Below, one piece after another: positions 14,350-27,185 of a DNA stretch of 64,000 nt. Position numbers and translations under genes: made by a program. Location: NCBI RefSeq assembly GCF_009914755.1, contig NC_060932.1. One strand, written 5' to 3'. Every line of letters begins with the position of its first letter. Within the stretch, counting starts at the first letter, position 1. Below the pieces are notes generated by a model. It made no database searches. It had not been told where the DNA came from and worked only from the letters and a program-made list of their open reading frames with translations. The stretch is from the human T2T-CHM13v2.0 reference genome, Homo sapiens.

Positions 14350-15460
14350 GCATCCCTATATTTTGGAAAGAGCTGCTACAAAGGTCCCTGAAATGTATTC
14401 AAGTCCTTTTCCCCATTGTCTTGGATATTAGCACTTGGCTCCTTTTTAGTTATGTTAATATCTCTAGCAAGTGGTTGCTCCACAGCCTACTTGAATTCCT
14501 CTCCTTTCAAAGCTTTCCTTTCAAAGCTTTTTCTTGCTACAAAGCTAGGCTGAAAATTTTTCAAACTGTTATGCTCTGCTTCCTGATTAAATATAAATTT
14601 CAACTCTAAATCATTACTTTGCTCCCCCATCTGATTATGGATTGTTAGAAGCAGCCAGGCAACATCTTGAAAACTTTACTGCTTAGAAATTTTCTCTGCC
14701 AGATATCCTATATGGTCATCTTTAGTTCAAGCTTCCACAGATCCCTAGGGAATGAACAAAATGCAGCCAAGCTCTCTGCCAAGGCGTAACACACATGACC
14801 TTTGTTCCAGTTCCCAGAAGTTCCTCATTTCCTTCTGAGACCTTGGCAGCCTGGACTTAACTATCCATATCACTGTCAGCCTTTTGGTCACAGTCATTTT
14901 AACTAGTCTCTAGGAAGTTCCAAATGTTCCCTCATCTTCCTGTCTTTATCTGAGCCCTCCGAACTCTCCCAACCCATTACCCAGTTCCAAAACTGCTTCC
15001 AGATTTTCAGGTATCTTTATGGCAATGCCCCACTGCTAGTACAAATTTTCTATGTTAGGCCATTCTTGCATTGCTATAAAGAAATATGAGAAATTGAGGT
15101 CAATTTATAAAGAAAAGGGACTTAATCGGCTCACAGTTCTGCAGGCTTTACAGGAAGCATGGTGCTGGCTTCTGCTCAGCTTTTAGGGAGGCCTCAGGAA
15201 GCTTACAATCATGGCAGAAGGTGAAGGGGCAAAAGGTATGTCACAAGGGAAAAGCAGGAGCAAGCGAGAGAGTCAGGTGAGGATGGTACCACACACTTTG
15301 AAATGGCCAGATCTTGCAAGAACTCACTATTACCAGGACAGCACCAAACCATGGGAGATTCACCCCATGATACAAACACCTCCCACCAGGCACCACCTCT
15401 AGCACTGGGGATTATAATCCAGCATGAGATTTGGGCAAGGACAAATATCCAAACAATATA
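14350..15460 (-). mobile_element. MST (MaLR) LTR (15052-15460) plus internal sequence
   Basis: tgttaggccattcttgcattgctataaag ... gacaaatatccaaac LTR ends; adjacent MaLR-int start. Confidence 0.85.
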
Positions 15461-16870
15461 TTCACATTTTTTTTTAAAAAAGCAGCCATCCTAACCAGTC
15501 AAAGAAAATTAAGAAATTTAAATAATGAACATGTATTTCCTGTTTTGATTACTTGACTGATGAACAGAGATTTTAATAAAATCATGAGTAACTGTATTAT
15601 TTATCATGCCTTCAGTGATGTATAGTAGACTTCAGAAATGTGTTCAAGTCATAGAGAGTCAGAAAGTCATTATTCTTTAATAGCAACACAATAAATCCTG
15701 AGGTATTAATTATTATCAATTATCATGTGAATTAACAAAATATATAAAAAATAAAGTCTTTAAGGTGTATAGGACTATTTAAATAAATATGACATACAAC
15801 ATATATCACAACGAAAAGCACATGGTTAAAAAGTAAATACTTCAGTGAAATAAAAATCTTGGCTATTTGGAAGTTATTTTTTTATGTTATTATTGTTTGT
15901 AAGTCAAACAAATATTTTATGTTTAGAAGGAAGTGTGGAAAAATGAATTGTAAAAAAGCCAACCTTATTTTGTTTCCTTCTACAAACTGGAGAAGACAAT
16001 CAATATTTGATTTTGTTTTTAAATATTGCATGAAAGGTATACAAGCAAGAGTATTCCATAGAAGGACAACTTAAGCATGTCTGGCAAAAAAATTGAAATT
16101 AGGTAATTCTATTTTTATATTTTTGAGAACTGCCATACTGTGTTCCACAGTAGTTTTACAATTTTTCATTCCCACCAACAGTCCAAAAGGGTTCCAGTTT
16201 GCCCATATTCTTACTAGGATTGTTATTTTCTGCTTTTTTTAAAAAACATATTGGCCATCCTAATGGGTGTGAGGAGATATCTCACTGTGGTTTTGATTTG
16301 CATTTCCCTAATGATTAGTGATATTGAGCATATTTTCTTGTGTTTGTGGGCCACAGAGGATGGGAAGTTTTTGTTGAATACATATTATTCAATGAGGAGT
16401 TATTCTTTACTGAGCACAGAATTTCACTTTTGCAAGATGAAAATGTTTCTGGAGACAGATGGTGATAGTTTCACAATATGAATGTACTTAGTACTACTGA
16501 ACTGTACACTAAAAATGGTTAGAATGTGTATTTTACTACACAAAGTATTTTTATAAAGTGAATAAGGAAATTGTGAAAAAATTAAAGTCAGCAACCTGAA
16601 TATTAACTATAAAATGAAAATTATTTCCATGTTAACTCTATTGTTTTCATGTGTGAACTTCATATTAATGGGGAAAAAAATAAAGACTAACCTTTTATTT
16701 TGTCTCCCTAAGCTGTAGGTTTTTCTAAGAAACAAAGTGTATAAAACTGAATAAATGGATTTTGATTGTTTTTACATAGTCATTTCATAGTTTGCCTGGT
16801 AAATTATAAATCAATGCTAAGGTACAAAAACATATACATTTATTTTATGTTTAGCTTTTTAGTTGGACTC

Positions 16871-16977
16871 CTTATAATATAGATAAGTTACCTATAATAT
16901 AGATAAGAACCAAATTTATCTATAATATAGATAATGTAACATCTATAATATAGATAACCAAACTTATCTATAATAAT
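16871..16977. repeat. AT-rich quasi-palindromic minisatellite (TATAATATAGATAA, 4 copies plus a partial)
   Basis: Direct reading; the core TTATCTATA-A-TATAGATAA is self-complementary. Confidence 0.85.
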
Positions 16978-17095
16978 CTTTGATTTTTAGCAATTATAAA
17001 GTAGAAATTCAGTAGTAAATATGGTTTAAAATAGGCAATTGGCTACTACTAAACATATTGTGAATTTCTATTTTTTCTGTTTTTCTTCACTATAG

Positions 17096-17138
17096 TAATT
17101 CATCCGTTGTATCAGAAAGCGATGACGTGGGACATTAA
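17096..17138 (+). CDS. ADAM18: ADAM18 last exon, coding part
   Basis: Pyrimidine tract + tatAG|T AAT TCA TCC GTT GTA TCA GAA AGC GAT GAC GTG GGA CAT TAA = (R)NSSVVSESDDVGH*; the phase completes the CG left by the previous exon. Confidence 0.93.
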
Positions 17139-17240
17139 TATTGCACAGAACTTCCATAGCAAATAACCTAAAGGAACGAATGTGCTTTATTTATAACCTT
17201 ACGTTATCCCCAATGCATTGTAAATGTCAAACTTTTGGAA

Positions 17241-17246
17241 AATAAA
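17241..17246 (+). terminator. ADAM18: ADAM18 polyadenylation signal AATAAA
   Basis: AATAAA about 100 nt after the stop, at the end of an AT-rich UTR and just before an abrupt switch to GC-rich sequence. Confidence 0.75.
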
Positions 17247-17249
17247 GCC

Positions 17250-17800
17250 TGCGTGCCCTCCCATGTGCCTCCTCCAGTGCCTCTTGCTGTGGTTGGGAAC
17301 ACCCTGACTCCAAGTTCCAAGAGTCTCTGGGATCCACAGACCTGGGTCTGGGCCGTGCCCTCCAGAACCCACCGTTCTTGGGATCTGCTCGGCCTCCCCA
17401 GCCCTGGCCAGAAGCAGCCCCCATTCCATGCTCAGCAGCCATCACTGTGGCGAGGCCGCTGGCCACGCAATGCTCTCTTGCTGATCCTCTCAGGGCTGGG
17501 CCGGTTGACCTCCGCGGGTGATTGCAAGTGAAGAATTTTTGCCGCGTACGGGGACTGCATTTCAGTATCCAGAGAGGAAGCATGTGTCACCCTCCCTGTT
17601 CCAGTAGCTCAGGCCAAGCTGTGCAGAAGAAACAGAGCTTGTTGCTCCAGAGCCCCAGAGCTTCAAGGCCAGGCGGGCATCATCCCCTTGGTCTTGAACC
17701 TCAGGCCGGGCTGGGGAGGGGCACAGTCAGAGCCTGCCCAGTTTCAGGGCCACTGTGCCATTGGCATCTGGTTGAACCTGCTAGTTGGAGGGCTTAGCCC
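17250..17800 (+). promoter_or_regulatory. GC/CpG-richer island; putative relic promoter and first-exon region
   Basis: The only non-repeat GC-rich block in a very AT-rich window; several CpGs (gccgcgtacgggg, tccgcggg); surrounds the ADAM-like exon 1. Confidence 0.55.
17470..17523 (+). pseudogene. Degenerate ADAM3-like exon 1 (signal peptide)
   Basis: ATG CT[frameshift] CTC TTG CTG ATC CTC TCA GGG CTG GGC CGG TTG ACC TCC GCG GGT GAT T|gcaagt = M..LLLILSGLGRLTSAGD, like sperm-ADAM signal peptides (ADAM2 MWRVLFLLSGLGGL, ADAM18 MFLLLALLTELGRL, recalled). The ATG frame stops after 4 codons; the donor is GC rather than GT. Confidence 0.75.
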
Positions 17801-18034
17801 AGAACTCAGACAGCTGTTCCTCACTTACCTGACTCTGCTCAAGAGGGTGCATTTCCTGGAGAGGTGGGGGAAGGAGGGAGGCTGGATGGGGTTTGACACC
17901 TACAGCCCATATTTCCTTTCCCATTCTGGGTTGAGGTCACCTAGACCCAGAGTGTGGGGGATGACTCTGGGTAATACTCCCTCTTCTCTTCTAGGGGAGT
18001 CTCTTCCTGGAATTGGCCAAAGTCTGGTTTTGTG

Positions 18035-18037
<3 letters not shown>

Positions 18038-18073
<36 letters not shown>
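18038..18073. repeat. (GT)n microsatellite
   Basis: Direct reading. Confidence 0.95.
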
Positions 18074-18076
<3 letters not shown>

Positions 18077-18172
18077 TGGGGCTTGGAAGTATAGTGATGT
18101 AAGATGAGCAGACGAGTGAAGAAAGGATGCTGTGATACACTGGGAATGCTCACATGTTTTTCCTTACTGCAG

Positions 18173-18254
18173 ATTCGGAAACATCATTTCTACAAATTGT
18201 ATGGCCACAGAATATTAAGAAAAACACCAATAATGTTGATGTATCTATACACAT
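18173..18254 (+). pseudogene. Degenerate ADAM3-like exon 2 (prodomain start)
   Basis: tttttccttactgcAG|AT TCG GAA ACA TCA TTT CTA CAA ATT GTA TGG CCA CAG AAT ATT... = SETSFLQIVWPQNIKKNTNNVDVS, matching the xETxxLQITVPxKI motif of ADAM2/3/18 exon 2; phase 1 fits exon 1; donor lost. Confidence 0.7.
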
Positions 18255-18544
18255 TCATCTGTGAAATTATGTTTGTGCTCATATTTACTTTGTTCTTACA
18301 TTTTGCCTGAGTGAAAATAAATGGTTTACTTACTTTTTCTTTCATTATTCTTCAAGTAGTATATGCATACTAGGGAAATAATTCTTAAATATTTAAAAAT
18401 ACAGTCTCAGAAAAAAACAAAAGAAAGCATACCAAATTCCTAGCACATAAAAAGGCTAAACAGCCAACTTGAACTTGATTTTAACTAGCTTTATTGAGAC
18501 GTAACTAACATATCATACAATTCACCCATTTAAAGCATGCAATG

Positions 18545-18872
<328 letters not shown>

Positions 18873-19847
18873 TTATGCAACCATCACCATAATCAATTTT
18901 TGAACATTTCATCACCCAAAAAAGAAGCTCCAGAAACATTAGTAATCACTCCCCATTGTTTTCTCCTACTTTCCTTTACTTCACCTTTACTTCACCTTTA
19001 CTTCTCCTTTACTTCACCAGCCCCAGGCAATCACTTATCTACCTTCTAGCTCTATATATTTGTTTATTCTGATCCTCAAAAGACAAGAAAAGCAAGAATA
19101 GAAAACAAGGGATTACTTTAAACTAAAAAGCTTTGATATAGCAAAAGAAACAGTCAATAGAGTGAAGAGACAACCTATATAATAGGAAATATTTGCAAAT
19201 TATACATCAGGTAAGGGGTTAATATCCAAAATTTATAGGTGACTAAACTCAATAACAAGAAAACAAATAATATTATTTTGAAATGGGCAAAGGACCTGAA
19301 TCGACATTTCTCAAAAGAAGCCATCCAAATGGCCAAGAATTGTATGAAAAAATGGTCAGCATCACTATCATCAGGGAAATGCCAGTGAAAATCACATGCA
19401 ATGTAATGTCACTGCACACCTGTAGAATGGATCCTTTATTGACAAAAAAGTGCACAATTAAACATTTATGCTAAGAGATTTTTTCATACAAATTCTTAGA
19501 ATTAGAAAATTTAGCAAAAGATACTTGAGCTCTGAAAAATTAATTAATACCATATGTACGATAATGGTTAGAAAGCTGAAAAGTGTTAAAGGAAGTGACA
19601 CATCCAAGTCTCAATCACTTACTGGCTGTGTTTCAAAACAATTCTAATTTTCTTAACAGTAAAATAGGTAAAGTTATACCTAACTTGTGAGTATGCTGTG
19701 AGACTTTATGAGATATTTTATAAGGCGTTTAACCATGATACATAAAACTTGTTTTTCACATTTTTTGTTATTATGAGTAAGGTACAGGTAAGTTATGTTG
19801 TTGAAATATAGATTTGTGCCTTAAGCAACTGTGTATATTGTGATGCC

Positions 19848-19904
19848 ATTACTTGATATCCAGAATGTAGAAGGCAAAATATATGTCTTTATTCTCAAAC
19901 AATA
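19848..19904 (+). pseudogene. Probable degenerate ADAM3-like exon 3
   Basis: Removing one G gives 56 nt: ITYIQNVEGKIYVFILKQ+2 nt, in register with the family exon-3 pattern xxYxxxIEGKxYxxxLxx; both splice sites are decayed. Confidence 0.45.
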
Positions 19905-20009
19905 GGATAAAAGAGGAAAGGAAAATATTTCATTGGCTTGTTTCCTATACAGTTTGTATCAAATACAGTTATAAGATACATCATGAAGTTCTACATATGA
20001 AAACCAATC

Positions 20010-20394
20010 CATGTAATAGAATGAAAGAAAAAAACCACATGGTCATCCTAAGTGAAGGAGAATAAGCATTTGATAAAATTCAGTATACTTAATGATAAAA
20101 AAGCCTCAAGAAGCTAGGAATAGAGGGAAACTATCACAAAATAGTTAAAAGTATATATGATAAACCCACAATGAATATCATATGTAATGGTGAGAGTGAA
20201 AACATTTACTCCAAGATCAGGAACAAGGTAATGATGTCCACTTTCACTGCTTCTATTCAACACAGTACTGGAAGATCTACTTAGAGCAATTAAGCAAGAC
20301 AAAAAGCATCCAAACTGGAAAGACAAAGTAAAATCTCTGTTCTCAGTGGTAGAATCTTATCTATAGAGAACACTACACACAAATGCACACACAT

Positions 20395-20427
<33 letters not shown>

Positions 20428-22555
20428 ATGCTATAACTAATAAATTCAGTGCAGTAGCAGGATACCAAATCAACACCCAAAAATTAGTTGCTTTTGCCCA
20501 GGCATGTGGTTCACATTTGTGATCTCAGCTACTTGGGAGGCTGAGGCAGGAGGATTGCTTGAGGGAAGAAGTTCAAGACCAACCTGGGCAAAATAGCAAG
20601 AAGTCATCTCTAAAACAAATTTTTTAAAAAATTAGCTGGCCCTGATGGCACACTTGTAGCCGAAAGGATCGCTTAACCCCAGGAGTTCAGGCCGCAGTGA
20701 GTTGAGATCATACCACTGCACTCCAGCCTAGGTGACAAAGCAAGACCTCATCTTGGAAAACAAAAGGAAAAAACTGTTGCATTTATTTACACTAACAATA
20801 AACAATCTAAAAGGGAAATTAAAAATTAAATATACAATAGCATTAAATAGAATGAAATAATTACAAATAAATTTAACCAAAGAGCTGCTGAAAGATGTGT
20901 ACAATGAAATCTACAAAATATTGTTTAAAGAAAGTAAAGACATAAGTAAATGGAAAGTTATCCCATGTGCATGGATTAGAAGACTTTATATTTAAGATGC
21001 CACTATTATGTAAATTGATCAGATTAAATGCAATCCCAAACAGAATCCTAATGGCTTTCATGCAGGAATAGAAAAACTTATTCTAAAATTTATATGGAAT
21101 CTCAAAGGATTCTGACTAGCCAAAATAGTTCTGAAAAAGAACAAAGTTGGAGGACTCACACTTTCTGATTTTAAAATTACCTAAAAATCTACAGAAATTA
21201 ATACAGCTGGATGTAAAGACAGATATACAGACCAAAGTAACAGACTAGAAAGACCAGAAACAAACCTGCAGGAGTATAATTAAATGATCTTTAATAAAGT
21301 ACCCAAGACAAATAGGGGAAGGGCAGTCTTTTAAACAAATCATGTTGGGAAAACTAGATTTCCACAAGCAAAAGGATAAAGTTGGACCCTTACCTAAGGC
21401 CACATACAAAAATTAACTCAAACTATATCAAAGACTTACATGTAAGGGTTAAAACTGTAGAAGCCTTAGAAAAAAATATAGGCCAAAAGCTTCATGATGT
21501 TTAATTTGGGAATGATTTATTGGAGATGATATCAAGGTACAAATAACAAAAGAAAAAAATAGACAAAACAGACCTTACAAAAATTAAAAACTTTTAAGCA
21601 AAAAAAAATAGAGTGAAAAGGCAACCAACAGAATGAGAGAAAATATTTATAAATCACAACTTATAATGGATTAATATCCAGAATAGATATACAACTTCTA
21701 AAATTCAGCAACTTCTAAAACTCAAAGCAAAAAAACAGTTCAAAAGGACTTGAATAGACATTTTTCCAAAGACAAACAAATGGCCAAATAAGCACATGAA
21801 AAGATGTTTAACTCCAGAAACATTAAACAAAAAAATACAGAATCCTGAAAATAGCAAAAGACAAATAACTTTGTCACATACAAACAATGCTGAATAAGAA
21901 TAATAGTTGATTTATCATTAGAAACCATGGAGGCCACAAGAGAGTAAGATGAAATAGTCAAAGTTCTGAAGGAAAGAAATGATCAATCAATAATTCTATA
22001 TTGAGCAAAACCATCCTTCAAAAATGAAGAAGAAATTAAGACATTCTCAGACAGACAAAAACTGAGAGAATTTGGCACTAGCAGAGCTACCCTATAAAAG
22101 AACTGAATCCATATGAACAAAAATTAGGCACCATTAAGGGTAACTATGAAGGTAAATATAAAAGACAATATAAGTTTATTTTGGTTGTAATTTTCATATC
22201 CTATCTTATTCAAAAGACAGCTACATAAAGCAATAATTATGAATCTAAATTGATGGGTACACAATAGTAAGTATGTAATTTGTGACAATAAGACAAAGTA
22301 TACTGGAGCAGAGGACAGAGCTACATATAAGCTAAGCCTGTATACTATTGAAATTAAATTGGCATTACTTCAAACTACATTGTTATAAATTTAAGATATT
22401 AATGTAAACCTCAGACCAGTCACTAAGGAGACAATTCAAAAATATATGTTAAAGAAAATAAAATTAAAATAGTAACTCAAAAATGTCCATTTACCTCAAA
22501 GAAAGCAGTAATGGAGGGAAAAAAGGAAGAGAAAAGACATAAGACACAGAGAAAA
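20010..22555 (+). mobile_element. L1M ORF2 and ORF1 fragments, with AluJ (about 20496-20770) and (CA)n
   Basis: ORF2 RT-region motifs (ctattcaacacagtactggaag); diverged Alu. Confidence 0.75.
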
Positions 22556-22559
22556 CCCA

Positions 22560-23438
22560 GGGTCCTTTCCAAGATGGCTGAATAGGAACAACTGTGGTCT
22601 GCAGCTCCCAGTGTGATCGATGCAGAAGACAGGTGATTTCTGCATTTCCAACTAAGGTACCTGGTTCATCTCATTGGGACTGGTTGGAGAGTGGGTGCAG
22701 CCCACAGAGGGTGAGCTGAAGCAGGGTGGGGCATCGCCTCACCCAGGAAGCACAAGGGGTTAGGGGATTTTTCCTTTCCTAGCCAAGGGAAGCCATGACA
22801 TACTGTACCTGGAAAAACGGGACAGTCTCACCCAAATACTGTGCTTTCCCATGGTCTTAACAACTGGCAGACCAGGAGATTCTTTCCCATGCCTGGCTCG
22901 GCAGGTCCCACACCTACGGAGCCTTGCTCACTGCTAGCGCAGCAGTCTGAGATCTACCTACAAGGCTGCAGCCTACACCTACAAAGAAACATAGACTCCT
23001 AGACAATAATAGTGGAAAAATTCAACACTCCACAAACAGCATTAGGCAGATCATCAAAGCAGAAAATTAATAGATATTCAGGACCTGAACTCAACATTGG
23101 ACCAGATGTATCTGTTTGACATCTACAGAACTCTCCACTAGAAAATAACGGAATATACATTCTTCTCATTGCCACATGGCACATACTCTAAAGTCAACCA
23201 CGTAATTGGACATAAAGCAATTCTTAGCAAATGCAAAAAAAAAAAAAAAAAAAACAAATTATACCAAACACACTCTCAGACCACAGTGCAATAAAAATAT
23301 AAGTCAAGACTAAGAAAACCACTCAAAACCATGCAATTACATGAAAATTAAACATGCTCATGAATGACATTTGGGTAAATAATAAAATTAAGGCAGAAAT
23401 CAAGAAGTTCTTTGAAACAAATGAGAACAAAGATACAG
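22560..23438 (+). mobile_element. L1PA 5' UTR (about 22560-22975) fused directly to L1 ORF2 endonuclease sequence
   Basis: ccaagatggctgaataggaaca... (YY1 site, L1PA7/8-type UTR), then acctacaaagaaacatagactcc ORF2 sequence; ORF1 absent. Confidence 0.85.
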
Positions 23439-24375
23439 TGATACGGTTTGGCTGTGCCCCACCCAAATCTTGAATTGTAGCTCCCATAATTCCCATGCGT
23501 CATGAGAGGGACCTGGTGAGAGGTAATTGAATCATGGGGGTGGGTATTTCTTGTGCTGTTCTCATGATAGTGAATAAGTCTCACAAGATCTGATGGTTTT
23601 ATAAAGAGCAGTTCCCCTCCACATGCTCTTTCTTGCCTGCTGCCATGTAAGATATGGCTTTGCTCCTCTTTTGCCTTCTGCCATGATTTTGAGGCTTCCC
23701 CAGCCACGTGGAACTGTGAGTCCATTAAACCTCTTTTCCTTTATAAATTACTCAGTCTTCAGTATGTCTTTATTAGCAGCATGAGAACAGACTAATACAG
23801 TAAATTGGTACCAGTAGAGAGGGGTGCTGCTGTAAAGATACCCAAAAATGTGGAAGTGTCTTTGGAACTGGGTAACAGGCAGAGGTTGGAACAGTTTGGA
23901 GGGCTCAGAAGAAAAGAGGAAAATGTGGGAAAGTTGGGAACTTTCTAGAGACTTGTTGAATGACTGATGAAAATGCTGATAGTGTTATGAACAATGAAGT
24001 TCAGGTTGATGTGGTCCCAGATGGAGATGAGGAACTTGTTGGGAACTGGAGAAAAGGTGACTCTGTGCTTTAGCAAAGAGACTGGTGGCTTTTTGCCCTT
24101 GCCCTAGAGATACGTGAAATTTTGAACTTGAGAGAGATGATTTGGAGTATCTGGTGGAAGAAATTTCTAAGCAGCAATGGACTCAAGAGAAAGCAGAGCA
24201 TAAAAGTTTGAAAAATTTGCAGCTTAATGATGTAATAGAAAAAGAAAAACCCATTTTCTGGGAAAAAGAAAATCAAGCCAGCTGCAGAAATTTGCACAAG
24301 TAATGAGAAGCTGAATGTTAATCATCAGGACAATGGGGAAAATGTCTCCAGGCTATGTCAGAGAACTTCTTGGTG
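23439..24375 (+). mobile_element. THE1 LTR (23439-23799) plus truncated THE1-int
   Basis: tgatacggtttggctgtg...agactaataca then gtaaattggtaccagtaga. Confidence 0.9.
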
Positions 24376-24429
24376 GAGTTAGTCAGAGGGTTGTTGTAGT
24401 GTAGGTCAGAAAAGTAAATCTCATGTAAG

Positions 24430-24840
24430 TTGTCTTTGTTTTGTGTTGCTATAAAGGAATATGTGAGACTGGGTACTTTTTTTTTTTTATTATAAAAAGG
24501 TTTATTCTGCTCACAATTCTGTTGGATGCAAGATTGATCTCTGGTGAAATCCTCAGGTGCTTTTACTCATGGTGGAAGGTAAATGGGAACAGGCACGTGC
24601 AAATCTCACATGGTGAGAGAGGAAGCGAGACATAGGGGGAGGTGCCAGGCTCTTATTAACAACCGGCTCTTATAGGAACTAATAAGGGAGAACACACCCG
24701 TTACCATGAGGATGGCACCCAGTAATTCATGAGGGATCTGCCCCCATGACCCAAACACCTCCCATTAGGACCCACTTCTAATACTGGAAATCAAATTTCA
24801 ACATGACGTTTTGGGTGGACAAACATCCAAACTATAGTAT
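24430..24840 (-). mobile_element. MST-type solo LTR
   Basis: tgtgttgctataaaggaata ... gacaaacatccaaactata. Confidence 0.8.
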
Positions 24841-25308
24841 TAGGTCTTAATGTCAATCAATATAACTTACACTTTAAAAGACTAATTTTTTGCAAATAGA
24901 TTATAGATAGGCAAGGGGAAAAGTGGATGAAGCAAGTATGGGGGCTGTAACAATAGTCAAGGAGAGTAACGACGGTGGTTCAAACTAGGAATGGTAAGTG
25001 TAGTCAAAGTTTGAATATTTTTTGAAAGTAAACCAATGGAGATAATTGACAAATTGAATGATTACTGTGACATCATTACTTTATAATCCAGCAATTTCAC
25101 TTCTAGGTAAATATCCAAGAGAAATAGAAACATATGTCCACAAAAAACTGGTACATTAGAGTTCATAGCAGCATTATTCATAATAGAGAAAAAGTGGAAA
25201 GAGTCCAAATGTCTGTCAACTGATATATAACAAATAAAAATATAATAATGAATGGATGAAATGTACTTTATTTACAAAATGTGGTGTAACAATGAAATGC
25301 TGCATTTT

Positions 25309-25760
<452 letters not shown>

Positions 25761-27147
25761 ACTAAATACAAGTTATGTGATAACTGATTGAATTAGAAAG
25801 CAAGGCCCGTATGTATGCCTCTATGATAAACCTCTTTTAAATATAAAAATTTAGATAGGTCAAAAGTAAAAAGACAAATGTATCAGGCAAACACTAATTA
25901 AAGTAGGTCCAGGTACTTATCCTAATTTCAGATAAAATAGATATTCCAACAGACAGTTTTCAGAGAAAAAGGAGACATTACAAATTATAAGGGGAAAATT
26001 CTCCAAGAAGACATAACAATACTAAATGTGTATGCTTGACAGAAAACTGACAGATCTGAAAAGAGAAACAGACACGTCCTCAATTATAGTTGTAGATTTC
26101 ATTATTCCTCTTTCAATATCTGTTAGAACTGCTGAGAAGAAAATCAGTAAAGATATAGATGATGTGAAGAAAGCCATCAAGCGAATTGATCTAACTGGCA
26201 TTCAGACACCCAACATCCAGATACACAATCTTCTCAAGTGCACATGGACCATTCACCAAGATAGATCATATTTTGGACCATAAAATAAATAATTACTACT
26301 TTGGAAATTTTCTTGCTGCTTTAACTGCACTGTAAGAAATTTGCAGAAGAACAATGATCGCAAGTAATTTATAATTAAATGTTCCTAACCAGTGATGAGA
26401 AAGTCAGTGGCGGATTATACAGGGAGGGTAGATTTATTTTACAAATAAACTGGGAGAACTCTATTCTTATATCTGTGGATGCCTGAATGTTTAGCTGTGA
26501 CTCTTGACTTAAGTGAGAGAAGGAATATGTATAATTTGCTGTTTAAGGTATAATTCCCTGAAAACCTCCAGGACCAATTGACTTACCTGGAAAACCTGGT
26601 TATACAACCTGGATTTTCATTCTGTACATAAATGCATAAAGGCTCCACTGGGAACTTCTTTCATGAGCTTTCCTAGAGACAGAATTTATTCCACAAACCT
26701 TTGTCATTTCATGAAGAGATTAAGCCATGAGTCTCTGTGTACAGATATTAATAAGAACCCCAGGGACTTTGCATGTGGATGTCTATTGGATCCCTGGGGC
26801 TCACCAGCACTCTCTCTTGTGACACCAAATCCTTCGTCTTTGAATAGAACATTTAATATGAGTATGCTCTACTGAGGCTTTGAGTCCCATCAAATATCCA
26901 ATCTTAAATATCTTTATATGGGCCGAATCTGTAAATTATGTTCTCATCTTGAAACATATGAGCCTGAGAGAGATTCTGATAAAGATTTTATATTTCAAAT
27001 GTATTGTAAATTTATAATGTTCCTTGCTGAGGCAATTACTAATCATATTAAATTATTCCATGTTCTAGTGTTGTTTAGCCTTTATTATCTCTAAGTTCTT
27101 AAGACTGTGAAAGATTGCTTAGTACCAAATAAATAGGTAGGGAGGTA

Positions 27148-27152
27148 GAGAT

Positions 27153-27185
<33 letters not shown>
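27148..27185. repeat. (GATA)n tetranucleotide repeat
   Basis: Direct reading. Confidence 0.9.

Noticed and set aside
16871-16977. CRISPR-like repeat-spacer appearance
   Set aside because: Eukaryotic intron, 14-nt AT-rich units, very short spacers, no cas genes.
17199-18107. Several overlapping 76-139 aa ORFs in the GC-rich block as novel genes
   Set aside because: Expected from low stop density in GC-rich DNA; only the LLLILSGLGRLTSAG segment has family similarity, and it is out of frame with its ATG.
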